A stretch of 64,000 nt of DNA, taken from an uncultured Planctomycetaceae bacterium (GTDB lineage: Bacteria; Planctomycetota; Planctomycetia; Planctomycetales; Planctomycetaceae). The stretch lies in NCBI GenBank assembly GCA_963813715.1, contig CAWFAK010000017.1:992001-1056000 (forward strand). The letters run 5' to 3'. The position numbers and the translations under genes are program-made. Every line of letters begins with the position of its first letter. The first letter of the stretch is position 1. A model generated the notes under the pieces. That model was not told the DNA's origin, did not search any database, and was given only the letters and a program-made list of their open reading frames with translations. Positions 21,407-33,216 of the stretch are shown here, piece by piece.

Positions 21407-22400
21407 ATGGCTCGACCTGTCACCCTTTTTACCGGTCAATGGGCCGATCTGCCGCTGGAGACGTTGTGCAAGAAGGCCCGCGAGTTCGGTTACGACGGAC
21501 TCGAATTGGCCTGTTGGGGTGATCATTTCGAGGTCGACCGCGCCATTTCCGATGATGCCTACTGCGGCCGCAAACGCGACCTGCTCGAAAAGCATGACTT
21601 GAAGTTGTTCGCGATCTCGAACCACCTGGTCGGTCAGTGCGTGCTCGACAACATCGACGCCCGCCACAAGAGCATCCTGCCGGAGCCGATCTGGGGAGAC
21701 GGCAAGCCGGACGGCGTCCGTCGCCGAGCCATCGAGGAAATGAAGAATACGGCCCGCGCCGCGCAAAAACTCGGCGTGCAAGTCGTTAACGGCTTTACCG
21801 GCTCGAGCATCTGGCACCTGATTTACGATTTTCCGCCAACTCCGCGAAATGATCGACGCCGGCTATCGGCTGCTGGCGGAACTTTGGAATCCGATTCTGG
21901 ACGTCTTCCAGGAGTGCGGAGTCAAATTCGGGCTCGAAGTGCATCCCACTGAAATTGCCTTCGATATCTATTCCGCCGAGCGGGCCATCGAAGCTCTCGA
22001 TCGTCGCGAGGAGTTCGGTTTCAACTTCGACCCCAGTCACCTCATTTGGCAGGGGGTCGATCCGGTCGAATTCATCCGGTCTTTTCCCGACCGCATTTAC
22101 CACGTCCACATGAAGGACGCGGCCGTAACACTGAGCGGCCGGACTGGCATCCTGACCAGCCATCTGCCGTTTGGGGACCCGCGCCGCGGTTGGGACTTCC
22201 GCAGTGTCGGCCGAGGCGGGGTCCGGTTCGAAGAGGTCATCCGAGCCCTGAACGCGATCAAATATGCCGGCCCGCTCTCAGTCGAGTGGGAGGATTCCGG
22301 CATGGATCGCGAAGCCGGCGCCCGGGAGGCTGCCCAATTCTGCAAAAACGTCGACTTCGAGCCCTCAAAGCGGGCGTTCGATTCCGCATTCGCCGAGTAG
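21407..22400 (+). CDS. Sugar phosphate isomerase/epimerase, TIM barrel (frameshift ~21845)
   Basis: [48 protein letters not shown]. Confidence 0.92.
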
Positions 22401-22657
22401 GATTTGGCCGGCTTGCGAGGTACGGCAATTGCGTTCCGAGGGCCGGTTGCCCTCGGCAACTGGTAATCCATCCGGAAACTGCCACGGCGCGGTGACTCAC
22501 CTTTCGGAAGCCCCGCGGCTGGCGTAGAATGAAGGCAATCGCAGTTTTCCGAATCCTCTGAACCAGCCGAGGAGCTGCATCCGCGCGAATCGCCCCGCGT
22601 TATCATCGAACGGATCGATAACTTCTTCATTTCGTTTCGCGGAGTCGTCGCGGTCAG

Positions 22658-24433
22658 TTGCCAAGAGTTTTCTCTCGATGCTCTTCCCTGCCACGAGACG
22701 CTAAAACGACAGGCGTATCAGTTGAGCTGATCTTGGCCCGCAGCCGCTCAAGGACGAATCGCTTGGCTTCATCGCATCTCGGCCTGCGACCGCTCACGCG
22801 CCGTTGCCGACCCTCGCTGGGGCGTGGCACCCGTGCGCTTTGCCTCTTGATCGCGTCATTGCTGGTGGTGGCCGTCGCCGACCAGACCATGGCGGATGTC
22901 GATCCGTCAGTCGTCGGTCCCGCGGCCCGAAACGCCTCCCCCAAGCATCTCGAGGCCGTTCAGACCGAATTGCAGACGCTGCGAAGGCAGCATGCCGCGC
23001 GGCTCGATACGCTCGCGCAAGACTTCACCGATCTGGGCCTGGCAGAACAGGCTCAACAGTGCCGGGAACTGGCGGCTCCGCTTTCGACCGCCCTCTTCCG
23101 CGTGCAAAAGCTGCCCAAGGAAAAGCAGGCTGAAATCCCCGCTGCGGTTCCGGCTAAAGAGCGCGATCTCCGCGTCACGCTGCGGGATGTGCAATCGCGA
23201 TATGCAACCGAGCTTTATCGACTTTCGCGTAAAGCACTGTCGGCCGGGTATCCCAGTTATGCCTACGGACTCGTGCAAGAAGTCGTCCGGCAGGATCCCG
23301 ACCACCAATACGCGCGGCGAATTCTGGGCTACAAGCTCCGCAATAAAGAGTGGGTGACGCCGTATGCGGCCGACCGGCTCGACAAAGGCTTTGTCTGGGA
23401 TGACCTCTACGGCTGGCTGAGAAAACTCGACGTCCCCCGCTATCGGGCCGGCCAGCGGCTTTACGCCGGCCACTGGATGAGTGCCGACAAAGAGGCGGAG
23501 ATCCGTCGCGATTTTCGCCATGCCTGGCACGTGCGGACGGAGCATTACCTGATCCACACCAATGTCAGCCTCGAGCGCGGCGTCGAAATCGCCAAGTCGC
23601 TCGAGCAATTCCATGCCTTCTTCATGCAGACGTTCGCCGCGTTTTTCAGCACGCCCGAGCAGATGGCGCGGCTGTTTCAAACCTCCGGGCCTAATTCCAA
23701 CCTGCAGATCCGCCGCGATCCCTATGACGTCGACTACTTCCGGACGCGGCAGGAATATGCCGACCGGCTGCGGCTCAAGATCCCGCAGGTCGACATGACC
23801 AACGGCCTGTATTACACGCGCGATCGCGTCGCTTACTTTTTCAACAATCCCGACCAGAAGGAGCAGGACACGCTCTTTCACGAGGCGACGCACCAGTTGT
23901 TCTACGAGAATCTGAAGGCCGACCGAATGGTGGCCGTCGACGCGAACTTCTGGATCATCGAGGGCATCGCCTGCTACATGGAGTCCTATCGCACCGAAAA
24001 TGGCGAGTCCTCGGTGGGAGACCCGCACCACATCCGCATTCAAAACGCCCGCGAGCGTTGCGTTCTGGACAACTACTATGTGCCGCTGGAAAAATTCGCG
24101 GCGATGGGCATGACCGAATTCCAGCACAGCCCGAACATCCGCAAGAATTACAGCCAGGCGGCCGGTCTCGCCCACTTCTTTATGCAATATGAAGGGGGCC
24201 GCTATCGGGACGCACTGGTCGAGCACCTCGCCGAGATTTACCGCACGAACGGGCGGCAGCGGGCCTACGTCCGCGGCCTCGACGAACTGACAGGGGTCTC
24301 GTATGCCGACCTCGACAAGCAGTACGTCGAATACATGCACTCGCTACCGGCCGGCCTTGTCCAGGCCGCGGCGCCCGCGGCTGCGCCGGGCGTTAATCCG
24401 CCGGGCGTGAACCAGGCGGCTGCCGGGCGTTGA
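22658..24433 (+). CDS. DUF1570-type exported zinc metallopeptidase-like protein (start uncertain, probably later)
   Basis: TLFHEATHQL, WIIEGIACYME, YSQAAGLAHF; signal-like segment before 22895. Confidence 0.8.
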   Translation: MPRVFSRCSSLPRDAKTTGVSVELILARSRSRTNRLASSHLGLRPLTRRCRPSLGRGTRALCLLIASLLVVAVADQTMADVDPSVVGPAARNASPKHLEAVQTELQTLRRQHAARLDTLAQDFTDLGLAEQAQQCRELAAPLSTALFRVQKLPKEKQAEIPAAVPAKERDLRVTLRDVQSRYATELYRLSRKALSAGYPSYAYGLVQEVVRQDPDHQYARRILGYKLRNKEWVTPYAADRLDKGFVWDDLYGWLRKLDVPRYRAGQRLYAGHWMSADKEAEIRRDFRHAWHVRTEHYLIHTNVSLERGVEIAKSLEQFHAFFMQTFAAFFSTPEQMARLFQTSGPNSNLQIRRDPYDVDYFRTRQEYADRLRLKIPQVDMTNGLYYTRDRVAYFFNNPDQKEQDTLFHEATHQLFYENLKADRMVAVDANFWIIEGIACYMESYRTENGESSVGDPHHIRIQNARERCVLDNYYVPLEKFAAMGMTEFQHSPNIRKNYSQAAGLAHFFMQYEGGRYRDALVEHLAEIYRTNGRQRAYVRGLDELTGVSYADLDKQYVEYMHSLPAGLVQAAAPAAAPGVNPPGVNQAAAGR

Positions 24434-25544
24434 TGTAGACGTCGCCGTCCAACCGCTCGACCGAGATGGTCCGCAGCTCGGCCGCGAGGTTCAGTGCGGC
24501 GAGCCCCGATCCGCCGACGGCCCCCGGGGACCGCTCGCCTCCCAGGATCTTGGGAGCAACGAACACGTGAAACTCGTCGATCCGCCGCTCGTCGAAGAGA
24601 GCGCCTAAGAGTGCCGCCCCGCCCTCGACGAGCACGTTGGTCAAGTCGCGACGGCCCAACTCTTTGAGCAGCGCTCCCAGATCGACGCCGAATTGCGCCG
24701 GGTTCAAGACGCCGTTCGGCCGCGCGACGGGCAACTGCAAGACTTCCGCGCCGCGCTCTTGGAGCCGTCGCACGTTTTCCGCAGGCGCCATGGCGCCGCA
24801 GGCCACCAAGAAGCGGCGCATCACGCGACCGTGCGCACCAGTTGCGAGTCGACGGCAAGGGCCGCTTTTGAGTCGATCACGATCCGCGTCGCGATTCGCG
24901 GGCCGGGCGGCCGGGCGGTCAACAACGGATCGTCGACCGCGGCGGTCCGCGCCGACCACGATGGCATCCATGCGTCCGCGGAGCCGGTGCACGAGCGCGC
25001 GGCTCGTCTCATTCGAGATCCAGCGCGAGTCACCGTTGGCGGTGGCGATCTTGCCGTCGAGGCTCATGGCCCACTTGGCATGTACCCACGGTTCTCGCCT
25101 TTCGACCAGTTTGCGGAAGGGAGCCGTCAGCTCGCGGGTCTCGTCTGCTAGCAATCCTTCTTCGACCTCGACGCCCCCCGCGCGGAGCACAGCAAATCCC
25201 TGGCCGTCCACTCTCGGGAAAGGATCGCGACAGGCCGCCACGACCTTGCGGATGCCCGCGCGGAGAATGGCCGCGGCACACGATCCCGTTTTGCCCTCGT
25301 GGCAGCAGGGCTCAAGTGTGACAAACAGGGTCGCGCCGGCGGCTCGCGAGCCGGCGCTGTTGATCGCCTCGATTTCCGCGTGCGGGCCGCCGAATCGCTG
25401 GTGCCAGCCCTCGGCAATGAAGGCAAAAGAGTCGTCGACGAGGACCGCCCCGACCGCTGGATTGGGCTCGACGAATCCAATGCCCCGAGCGGCCAATTCC
25501 AAGGCGCGGCGCATGACGCCGGCTGCATCAGTGAACCGCCGCAT
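24393..25544 (-). CDS. ribD: Riboflavin biosynthesis deaminase/reductase (compensating frameshifts ~24950 and ~24825)
   Basis: PNPAVG, HAE, TLEPCCH...C, KWAMSLDGKIA, DDPLLTAR (alternative frame), VLVEGG. Confidence 0.95.
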   Translation of the reverse strand: MRRFTDAAGVMRRALELAARGIGFVEPNPAVGAVLVDDSFAFIAEGWHQRFGGPHAEIEAINSAGSRAAGATLFVTLEPCCHEGKTGSCAAAILRAGIRKVVAACRDPFPRVDGQGFAVLRAGGVEVEEGLLADETRELTAPFRKLVERREPWVHAKWAMSLDGKIATANGDSRWISNETSRALVHRLRGRMDAIVVGADRRGRRSVVDRPAARPANRDADRDRLKSGPCRRLATGAHGRVMRRFLVACGAMAPAENVRRLQERGAEVLQLPVARPNGVLNPAQFGVDLGALLKELGRRDLTNVLVEGGAALLGALFDERRIDEFHVFVAPKILGGERSPGAVGGSGLAALNLAAELRTISVERLDGDVYINARQPPGSRPAD

Positions 25545-25549
25545 GGCGG

Positions 25550-27706
25550 TCACTCCTGTCCGGGGAGCCAGAGCTTTTTGGATCCCGCGGCCGGCTCGCT
25601 CGATCCCGAGGGCGTCCACAGTCCGCCGCTGGTGGGCGCCGCGCCGCTGCCGACCAGGAGCTCAGCCGAACGCAGCCAGCTCAATTTTTCGGCGTTGGCT
25701 GCGGTGAATTGTTCGAGCATGCGCGCGACTTCCGGAACCTTGGGGGCATAGTAGTCGTGCAGCGTGCGATACAAGTTGGGCAGTTCCGCGTCGTCCGGAT
25801 TTTCCGCCCGCAGTAGAAACTCCATCATCGTCCATTTGCACAGGCGCTCGAAGTTCTGAGGCGATCGGGCCGCATGCTCGCGACCTTTCTGGGCCCAGGC
25901 GATCGCATCCGCGAGCCGCTCGTCCTGGTGTGCAATTTCGAGCAGCCCTTCGAAGACTCGATCGGGGCCAATCTGCTCGAGACACTGCGGACGGGCGACG
26001 ACTTCGTTGAGCACGCGCGTGGCGAAGCGGCGGTGTCCAATTACGGCCGCACGCCGGTAGACGTTCACCAGTTGCGCGTCGGACAGATCGGCAATCGGCA
26101 AACGTTGCAGCTGCATCGGCGACAGCGAGCTCAGCGGTTCGGCGGCGGCCGGTGAGAGCGGTTGCAGAGGCTGAAGTCCCAAGCGTGCCAGGATCGCCTC
26201 GATATCGACGATGCCGTTGAGCCGCTCAGAGAGCGCATCGAGCACGTAGACCGCAGCCGTCAGACGCACGCGGAACCCCGGGTCCGCCGCAATGGCACCC
26301 GGGCTCTTGCCGTCGAGCGCAGCCTGCGGAGCGTTCCACCAAATATCATCGACCAAGTGCTTCCACCATCCCTCTTGGATGGCGCGCTGGGACGATTCGG
26401 GGGCCGCGCTGAACAGCTTGCGCCGGAAGTACGGGGCGAGCTCGCGGGCGATCGGCTCGACTTCGGCATCCGTCAGTTCGTTCCGAGTTGCCGGCTTGGT
26501 AATTTCGTCCGCGACCAGTTTCTCGAAGTCCGCCACCCGGGCGTCGAATTCCGGTGTGGCAAATCCCGTGACAATCGCCGCGGCATCCAGATTCTGCTCC
26601 GGGAGCGCATCGTAAACCGTGAGCGTTCCTACAACCGAAGGCAGCGCCTCAAAGGCGTTCTGGCCCAGTTCCGATTCCTTGGCAACTGCTCGATCGAGCA
26701 CGATCCATCGCCCGGAAACAGGCGGCCCCTCAGATTCTTCCGGCTCCACGGGCAGCGGAAAATAGAGCTCATTGCCTTCCAGCAGGCCGAGCAGCCGCGA
26801 CGCGGACTTAACCGGAATGTCGACCTCGGTCGACAGAACTCGATCAGAAGAGTGCTTGAGATCGAGTAACTGCGCGAAGGTTTCGCACTCGACGGCAAAT
26901 TCAACGTTCGCGGACGCGGCTGCCGCTTTGTGAAACGCCTGGGCGGCTCCCGGCTCGTCGGCGTCCCATGCGCGGCACAACGCGGCGCTGCGCCACAGCT
27001 CGGCGTTGTTCGGCTCGAGTTCGGCGATCTTGGTGAACGTGCGGCCCGCTGGGCCAAAGCAGGCGATTTTCGCCAGCGACGTGGCCTTGTTGGCCTCGGC
27101 GGCATTGGGTCCGTCGCCCGCGTAGGGATGGAGATTCTGCACGCTGCGCAGGGGGTACGGCGTGCGGACGTCGCCGTCCAGCTTGAGCAGTGCGAGGAAC
27201 GTATTCTCGCGCGATTTTTCCCCCAAAAGCCGCATCGCGACCGTGAGATACTGGCGTGCCGCCATCATGAACTGCGAGCGAGCCATCACGTCAAAAAGTG
27301 TGAGCGCCAGCACGCCGACATGCTCCGGCGAGCGCGTGAAACACTTTTGGAAGGCCCGCAGAATCGTCGGTTGAGCCGCCCGGTAACCTTGGTTGAGCAA
27401 GAGCACCAGCGCGGCCCGCGAAACGACGTACGGATGGTCGGGATGCGCCTTGAGGAGCTGTTCGAGGCGGCTTTGCGCCTCCTCGATTTGCCCGAGCGAG
27501 AGCAGTATTTCTCCGTGGACCGTGCCGACCCAGGGATTTTCTGGGTTCGACTTTTCGAGCTTCTCGATCGCGGCGAGGGCTTGGCGCGGCTGGTCGTTGG
27601 CCTGCAACCGGTTGATTTTCGTCATTTCGTCGATGATGCCGGCGCAGCAGAATTTCAGTTTCTTACCGCTGCCGCACGGGCAGAGCTCATAGACGTCGAT
27701 CGCCAT
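25550..27706 (-). CDS. SEC-C motif + TPR-like helical repeat protein
   Basis: YELCPCGSGKKLKFCC, TPR-like helices, tail GGLWTP...KKLWLPGQE. Confidence 0.82.
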   Translation of the reverse strand: MAIDVYELCPCGSGKKLKFCCAGIIDEMTKINRLQANDQPRQALAAIEKLEKSNPENPWVGTVHGEILLSLGQIEEAQSRLEQLLKAHPDHPYVVSRAALVLLLNQGYRAAQPTILRAFQKCFTRSPEHVGVLALTLFDVMARSQFMMAARQYLTVAMRLLGEKSRENTFLALLKLDGDVRTPYPLRSVQNLHPYAGDGPNAAEANKATSLAKIACFGPAGRTFTKIAELEPNNAELWRSAALCRAWDADEPGAAQAFHKAAAASANVEFAVECETFAQLLDLKHSSDRVLSTEVDIPVKSASRLLGLLEGNELYFPLPVEPEESEGPPVSGRWIVLDRAVAKESELGQNAFEALPSVVGTLTVYDALPEQNLDAAAIVTGFATPEFDARVADFEKLVADEITKPATRNELTDAEVEPIARELAPYFRRKLFSAAPESSQRAIQEGWWKHLVDDIWWNAPQAALDGKSPGAIAADPGFRVRLTAAVYVLDALSERLNGIVDIEAILARLGLQPLQPLSPAAAEPLSSLSPMQLQRLPIADLSDAQLVNVYRRAAVIGHRRFATRVLNEVVARPQCLEQIGPDRVFEGLLEIAHQDERLADAIAWAQKGREHAARSPQNFERLCKWTMMEFLLRAENPDDAELPNLYRTLHDYYAPKVPEVARMLEQFTAANAEKLSWLRSAELLVGSGAAPTSGGLWTPSGSSEPAAGSKKLWLPGQE

Positions 27707-27821
27707 TGCAGGTGCTTCCTCCGTTCGCCGGCTCCGGCGACAGGCAGACGAACGCATTAATAATGAGAAGCTTCCAACGTGAAGCCCGGCGCATCCCGCG
27801 CTCTTTACGGATGGTAGCGGA

Positions 27822-29345
27822 TCAGCAACCGCGAATCGACGGATCGCTGTCGGTTTTCACGAGCGCTCGTCGATGGGCGATGAAATGTGCCAGAGCGGGC
27901 TTCGGTGTCCCGTCCGGTCGGATCAAACCGGCGTGCGGGAATTCGTGCGGCACGCTGTCGGCGAGCTGCTTCCAAAAGATCCCCACGACCGGTTGCTTGG
28001 CCATTAGCACCGGGAGAACACCGTCGATCCAATCAACTTGTGCCGCCTCGTTCCAGGCTTCCTTCCAGCGGTTGGGTTCGATTTCGATGCCGTGCGAGGC
28101 CTGCAAATCATCTGCCCGCGATTCCGAGGGGCAGGCGAGCGTGATGTAAATCGGAATTCCCAACAACGACCACAAATCGAGAAGCCTGGAGAGTTCGAGC
28201 AAGTCGCGCGGAGCCGATCCGTAGGGCCGAAATCCGACAGCGATCTCCAGATCAACGGCGGAGAGTCCGATGCCCGCCCGCAACAGAGCATCGACGAATT
28301 GGAGTGGTGCCAGTCGATGGGCTCCGCGGGCCTGATATTCGCCCCACGGTTGTCCCACCCGAATCATCACCTGCACTTCCTCGTCGACTTGCCGCACCAC
28401 TTCCAGGGCGCGGGCCACCAGCCACAGCCGGCTCTCTTCGGATAAACCGAAGGCCCCCCCGGTATTTCCCCGCGTACAGACGTTCCAGGTGCGGATTCTT
28501 CCGGCGTAGCGTCCGACGGCCGTCTCCACATAGTCGCAAACGAGGCTCTGCAGATTGGGCAGGTCGCCGCCCCACGAGCCGACCCACGCAGGCATTCCGT
28601 CGGCCGAAAGATCGAGTAAGGGTCCGCCGGAGACAAACAGGCGGTTCGCCAGCGCCCACTCCAGCTGAGCGTCCGCCAGATCCCAGTTGGTCTCGCCGGC
28701 CGACGTTTCAATGTGCTTCCATTCGACGGGAATCACGGCTGCGGCAAACGATTCGCGGAAGACCGCAGTCGCGCTTTCATCCGGCAAGTACTGGCCCAGG
28801 GCGCAGCCAGTCGCGGCGGCAGGCTGGGGCGACCTCTTGCGGCGGGCAGAAAGCCGCTGGCCGGCGTAAGCGCTGACGGCCATCTCGGCCGCTTCGAAGG
28901 CCCGCGCCAGCGACTGCCTGACGGGCTCGACGGTCTGTGCCGGCTGGCCCTGCAGGGCGACGGCTTCGCGAAACTTGCGTTGTGCCGCCTGAAATGGAGC
29001 GTCGAAGGAGGGAGGAATCACCATCCCGCCCACTTCCCAAGCGGACACCTGGTCGCGCAGCTGGGAGATTTTCCCCCGGGCCAACTCCAGCGGCAGCAGG
29101 TACGGTTCCTCTCGCTCCGGCAAGGAAGCCGTCGAAGTGACCGGTCGTCCGAAACCCTCAACCGGCCAGGCGACATGCAATCGCCCGCTTTCGCTCGACG
29201 TCCGGCGACAACTCACGACGTTGCCGGCCACATCAATCTGAGTGGAAAAGACGCGGCCATCGGCGCCGCTAAGATAGGCGTCGAAAACTTCCGGCCAACC
29301 GTCGAGCATCTCCGGCGGATAAACGAAGAACCGCATCACCCCCAT
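27822..29345 (-). CDS. GH10-like TIM-barrel protein lacking the catalytic glutamates
   Basis: WKHIE...NWDLAD...WA, GGPLLD...[26 protein letters not shown]. Confidence 0.75.
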   Translation of the reverse strand: MGVMRFFVYPPEMLDGWPEVFDAYLSGADGRVFSTQIDVAGNVVSCRRTSSESGRLHVAWPVEGFGRPVTSTASLPEREEPYLLPLELARGKISQLRDQVSAWEVGGMVIPPSFDAPFQAAQRKFREAVALQGQPAQTVEPVRQSLARAFEAAEMAVSAYAGQRLSARRKRSPQPAAATGCALGQYLPDESATAVFRESFAAAVIPVEWKHIETSAGETNWDLADAQLEWALANRLFVSGGPLLDLSADGMPAWVGSWGGDLPNLQSLVCDYVETAVGRYAGRIRTWNVCTRGNTGGAFGLSEESRLWLVARALEVVRQVDEEVQVMIRVGQPWGEYQARGAHRLAPLQFVDALLRAGIGLSAVDLEIAVGFRPYGSAPRDLLELSRLLDLWSLLGIPIYITLACPSESRADDLQASHGIEIEPNRWKEAWNEAAQVDWIDGVLPVLMAKQPVVGIFWKQLADSVPHEFPHAGLIRPDGTPKPALAHFIAHRRALVKTDSDPSIRGC

Positions 29346-29663
29346 TCTGGATCCTTGCTCAAGACGGCAATTTCCCAGTCTAAAGCACTCGGGGCCAACT
29401 TTCGACACGTTTCCCGGCCCGAAAGTGAGAAATCGGCTGCGACCTCTCGGTTTCGAGCCAGCCACGGTCGAGACGTGGCCGCGGTAGTCGTCCGCAGATC
29501 GTTGTCACGCTTTTCCCACCACGATACAGTGGGTCCGGACAGGGTGTCCCGATCGCGTTCCGAGGCGTGTTTTCCCGGGCGCCGCCGCGCAAATGTGCGG
29601 ATGGCTCGCCCAGGGCTCGGACGCGGCAAGGATCGGCATTTCGCTAGCGAACGGAAAGGTGCG

Positions 29664-30554
29664 ATGGCTCGCTCGGCGCTTCTGCAAAGTTCGATTTCCG
29701 GTTTTCCTGTGCGGCGCGGCAAAGTCCGGGACATCTACGATTTCGGCGATCGCCTTCTGTTCGTGGCGACCGATCGCATCAGCGCGTTCGACTGGGTCTT
29801 GCCGAACGGCATCCCCGACAAAGGACGCGTGCTGACGCAGCTCAGCGAAATGTGGTTTGGTCGCCTCGACGTGCCGCACCACCTGTTGAGTATGGACATC
29901 GGCGTGTTGCCGCTGCCGGCCGGCGTCGATCGCGAAAGTCTCAACGGCCGCAGCATGGTCGTGAAAAAGACGGAGGTCGTGCCAATTGAATGCGTTGTGC
30001 GGGGATACTTGTCCGGCTCCGGCTGGAAGGAGTATCAAAAGACCCGCGCGGTCTGCGGCGTTGCACTTCCGGCCGGGTTGCGTGAAAGCGAGCGTTTGGC
30101 CGAACCGATCTTCACGCCCGCCACGAAGGAGGAATCGGGGCACGACGTAAACATCTCGTTCGAGCGGATGTGTGAGATCGTCGGCAAGGACACGGCCGGA
30201 CGTCTCAAAACGTTGAGCCTGGAAATCTACCGCCGCGGGGCCGAGCACGCCCTTCAAAAGGGGATCATCATTGCCGACACGAAGTTCGAGTTCGGCTCGA
30301 TCGGCGGCCAGCTGATTTTGATCGACGAAGTGTTGACGCCCGACAGTTCGCGATTCTGGCCGGTCGATTCCTACGAACCAGGCCGTTCGCCCCCCTCGTT
30401 CGACAAGCAATTTGTCCGCGACTGGCTCGAGACGACCGGTTGGGACAAGAACAGCCAGCCGCCGACTCTCCCGCAGGAAGTCGTGGACCGGACGCGTGCG
30501 AAATACGTCGACGCCTACACGCGGCTGAGCGGCAAAGAGTTCGCCTATCGCTGA
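29664..30554 (+). CDS. purC: SAICAR synthetase
   Basis: [56 protein letters not shown]. Confidence 0.97.
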   Translation: MARSALLQSSISGFPVRRGKVRDIYDFGDRLLFVATDRISAFDWVLPNGIPDKGRVLTQLSEMWFGRLDVPHHLLSMDIGVLPLPAGVDRESLNGRSMVVKKTEVVPIECVVRGYLSGSGWKEYQKTRAVCGVALPAGLRESERLAEPIFTPATKEESGHDVNISFERMCEIVGKDTAGRLKTLSLEIYRRGAEHALQKGIIIADTKFEFGSIGGQLILIDEVLTPDSSRFWPVDSYEPGRSPPSFDKQFVRDWLETTGWDKNSQPPTLPQEVVDRTRAKYVDAYTRLSGKEFAYR

Positions 30555-30674
30555 TCGATCCCGGTGAATGGCAACGACTTCCGCGGCGTAGTCGGACGCG
30601 CGATCCCCGCAGATTGGCCCGAGTTTTTGCCGCGTTCCAAGCCGAGAATTTGGGCCAGTCGCGACGGAATCTAT

Positions 30675-30703
30675 TTGCGATTCGCTCATAAATTCCGCAT
30701 AAT
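30675..30703 (+). promoter_or_regulatory. Sigma-70-type promoter of the kinase gene
   Basis: TTGCGA-N17-CATAAT, ~60 bp upstream of ATG 30763. Confidence 0.6.
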
Positions 30704-30762
30704 AAGCGTGCTTTTATCGGTGTTTGGTTCGCTCCCAAAGCCCCGGAGAGCGAGGGGTCGTC

Positions 30763-32570
30763 ATGGCATCCACTGATCCACGCCGCACCAAGGGTGCCGA
30801 CAAGACGGTCAATCAAGCGCTTGCGGAAACAAGCGTTCCCGGGTCTGGGCCAGCCGTGGGAGACACGTTCGTGCCGAGCGACCAGGAATCGTCGCCGGGC
30901 GCCGCCAAGGAAGCCAAGCCCGCTTCGGCTACCCCGTCGACTCGAGTCGGCGCCCCCGCGCCCACCAAGCCGTCCAGCGCCGATGGCGAGGCAAAAAAGA
31001 GCAAAAAGATCACCCAGCTGGGCGACTTCAAGCTCGAAAGGAAGCTCGGCCAAGGGGGCATGGGCACCGTCTACCTGGCGACTCAGACCAGTCTCGACCG
31101 CAAGGTCGCCCTCAAGACGCTGTCGCCGGAATTCGCCAAGAAGCCCGACTTCGTCCAGCGGTTCCTGCGGGAAGCCCGCTCGATGGCCCGATTGCAGCAT
31201 CCGAACGTGGTGCAGGTCTACGCGGCCGACAGCGTGAGCGGTGTCAATTTTGCCGCAATCGAGTTCATCGATGGGCGGAGCATGCAGAATTGGATGAACG
31301 ACGTCAAGCAGCTGAGCGTCGGGGACGCGCTGCATGTGACCCTGGTTTGTGCCGACGCGCTCAAGCACGCGCACGACCAGAACATGATCCATCGCGACAT
31401 CAAGCCCGACAACATCCTGGTGACGAGCAAAGGCGTCGTCAAAGTCGCCGATTTCGGGCTGGCCAAGGCCCTCGACGAAGACGTGTCGATGACTCAAAGC
31501 GGCACCGGCTTGGGCACGCCGCTCTACATGGCCCCCGAACAGGCCCGCAACGCCAAGCACGTCGACAAGCGGTCGGACATCTATGCTTTGGGAAGCACGC
31601 TCTACTACTTTGTCACGGGCAAACTCCCATTCAGCGGCGAAAACACGCTCGAGCTGATCATCGCCAAGGAAAAAGGAACCTACACCAGCGCACGCAAGGT
31701 GAATCCCAAGGTTTCCGAACGGCTCGATCTGATCATCGGCAAAATGCTGCTGAAGGATCCGAAAGATCGCTACGCCGATTGTGCCGACATCATTCGCGAC
31801 ATTGGCGGCCTGGGACTGGCGAACCCCGCGCTCAGTTTCATCGAGTCGTCCGGGGGAACGGCCGTGGTCAACGCGTCGGTCGCCGCCGCTTCGGCCGCGA
31901 GCCTCTCGCGCATGCAAGGCGGCCAAGGCCCCGGTGTCAACTCGACACGATCGGATGTCCGCCTACCCCCGCCCAGCGATCGCCTGACGTCCGCCCAAGA
32001 CGCGGCCCGCAACGCGACAAAGGCGGCCGCCGGCCCCAACAGAAACTGGTTCGTGCAGCAAAAAAATGCCGCGGGAAAGGTCGTTATCGCCCGCATGTCG
32101 ACGCCGGAAATCATGGCCGGCATCAAGGGCGAGACGCTCGACCCGGCTGCCAAGGCCAAGGATTCGCCCAACGGCACCTTCTTGCCGCTGATGCAGTATC
32201 CCGAGTTTCAGGCGCTGGCGTCCAATCGGGCCGTCAAGATGCAGGCCGACGCAAAGTCCCGCAAAACTCAGGACATTTATGCCAAGATCGACCGCCAGGA
32301 GGCGCGTCGCAAACGCTGGCGCTGGTTGCGAACCCTGGTCTCAAACGTGAAGGGGATCGTCAGCCTGATCGTTTACCTGGCGGTGATCGTCGGAGTTTGC
32401 TTTGCCGCGTGGCACTGGGGCATTCCGCTCGTCCGTGAAAAACTAACGGGAGGACAGTCAAATCCGCCCGCCGCCGGCATCCCCTGCCCGGCACTCCTGT
32501 CCCAGGCACTCCGGTTCCCGGCGCCCCCGCGGCTCCGCCCAGTCAGCCCGCCGGTGCCAATGGGCACTAA
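30763..32570 (+). CDS. Hanks-type Ser/Thr kinase with GYF_2-like domain, TM helix and Pro-rich tail (frameshift ~32483)
   Basis: LGQGGMGTVY, VALK, HRDIKPDN, DFG, GTPLYMAPE; alternative frame gives PGTPVPGTPVPGAP...ANGH* ending at TAA 32568-32570. Confidence 0.9.
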
Positions 32571-33156
32571 GGATCCGCGCGTCGACGCGTATATCGCCAA
32601 GGCCGCCGATTTCGCGAAGCCTGTGCTGCGCCACGTTCGCAAGCTGGTCCACGACGTTTGTCCCAACGTTCAAGAGACCATGAAATGGGGCAGCGCGTTC
32701 TTCGTGGACGGCGGCAACATTTGCGGCATGTCCGCCTTTAAGAAGCACTGCGGCATCATCATCTGGCACTATGAGCGAGGGTCCTGGGCGGCGAAGAACG
32801 AACAGGGCCGCGGCGAACTCGGCAAGATCACGGGGCTGGCCGACCTCCCGAGCGACGCCGAGCTCAAGCGGTGTATCAAATACTCGATGCAGCAGAATGC
32901 CGCCGGAGTGAAAAAATCGCGCACGAGCGGCAAACCTCAGCCGAAGCTGCCGGTTCCACCCGAGTTCACCGCGGCCCTGAAAAAGAACGCGAAAGCACGG
33001 GCGACCTACGAAAGCTTTCCGCCCGGCAAACAGCGCGACTACCTCGAATGGTTCCATCAAGCCAAGCAGGCGGAAACCAGCAAGCACCGAATCGAGACGG
33101 CGATCGAATGGCTCGCCGAGGGCAAGTCGCGCAACTGGAAGTACGAGCGCAGCTAG
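32560..33156 (+). CDS. YdeI/OmpD-associated (DUF1801) family protein
   Basis: MGTKDPRVDAYI, ETMKWG, AFKKHC, YLEW..QAK..ET..RI, LAEGKSRNWKY. Confidence 0.88.
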   Translation: MGTKDPRVDAYIAKAADFAKPVLRHVRKLVHDVCPNVQETMKWGSAFFVDGGNICGMSAFKKHCGIIIWHYERGSWAAKNEQGRGELGKITGLADLPSDAELKRCIKYSMQQNAAGVKKSRTSGKPQPKLPVPPEFTAALKKNAKARATYESFPPGKQRDYLEWFHQAKQAETSKHRIETAIEWLAEGKSRNWKYERS

Positions 33157-33216
33157 CCCAATCGTTCGTGCCCGGCTCGCCCCCTCGCCGGCTTTGCGTA
33201 TGAGCTGTCCGGGCTT

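Noticed and set aside
22436..22456. 8-bp hairpin CCGAGGGC/GCCCTCGG after the isomerase
   Set aside because: No U-tract, so I cannot call it an intrinsic terminator.
24393..24433. Convergent overlap of DUF1570 and ribD, and the PGVN repeat
   Set aside because: Short tail overlap of low-complexity ends; common.
28713..29663. N-terminal extension of purC
   Set aside because: Overlaps the divergent GH10-like gene; PurC similarity begins at ATG 29664.
30691..30720. dif-like site (ATTCCGCATAA)
   Set aside because: No XerD arm (TTATGTTAAAT); better explained as a -10 element.
30724..33156. 810-aa kinase-YdeI fusion
   Set aside because: An alternative frame gives a natural PGTPVP-repeat tail stopping at 32570, and YdeI has its own ATG at 32560; most likely an indel near 32483.
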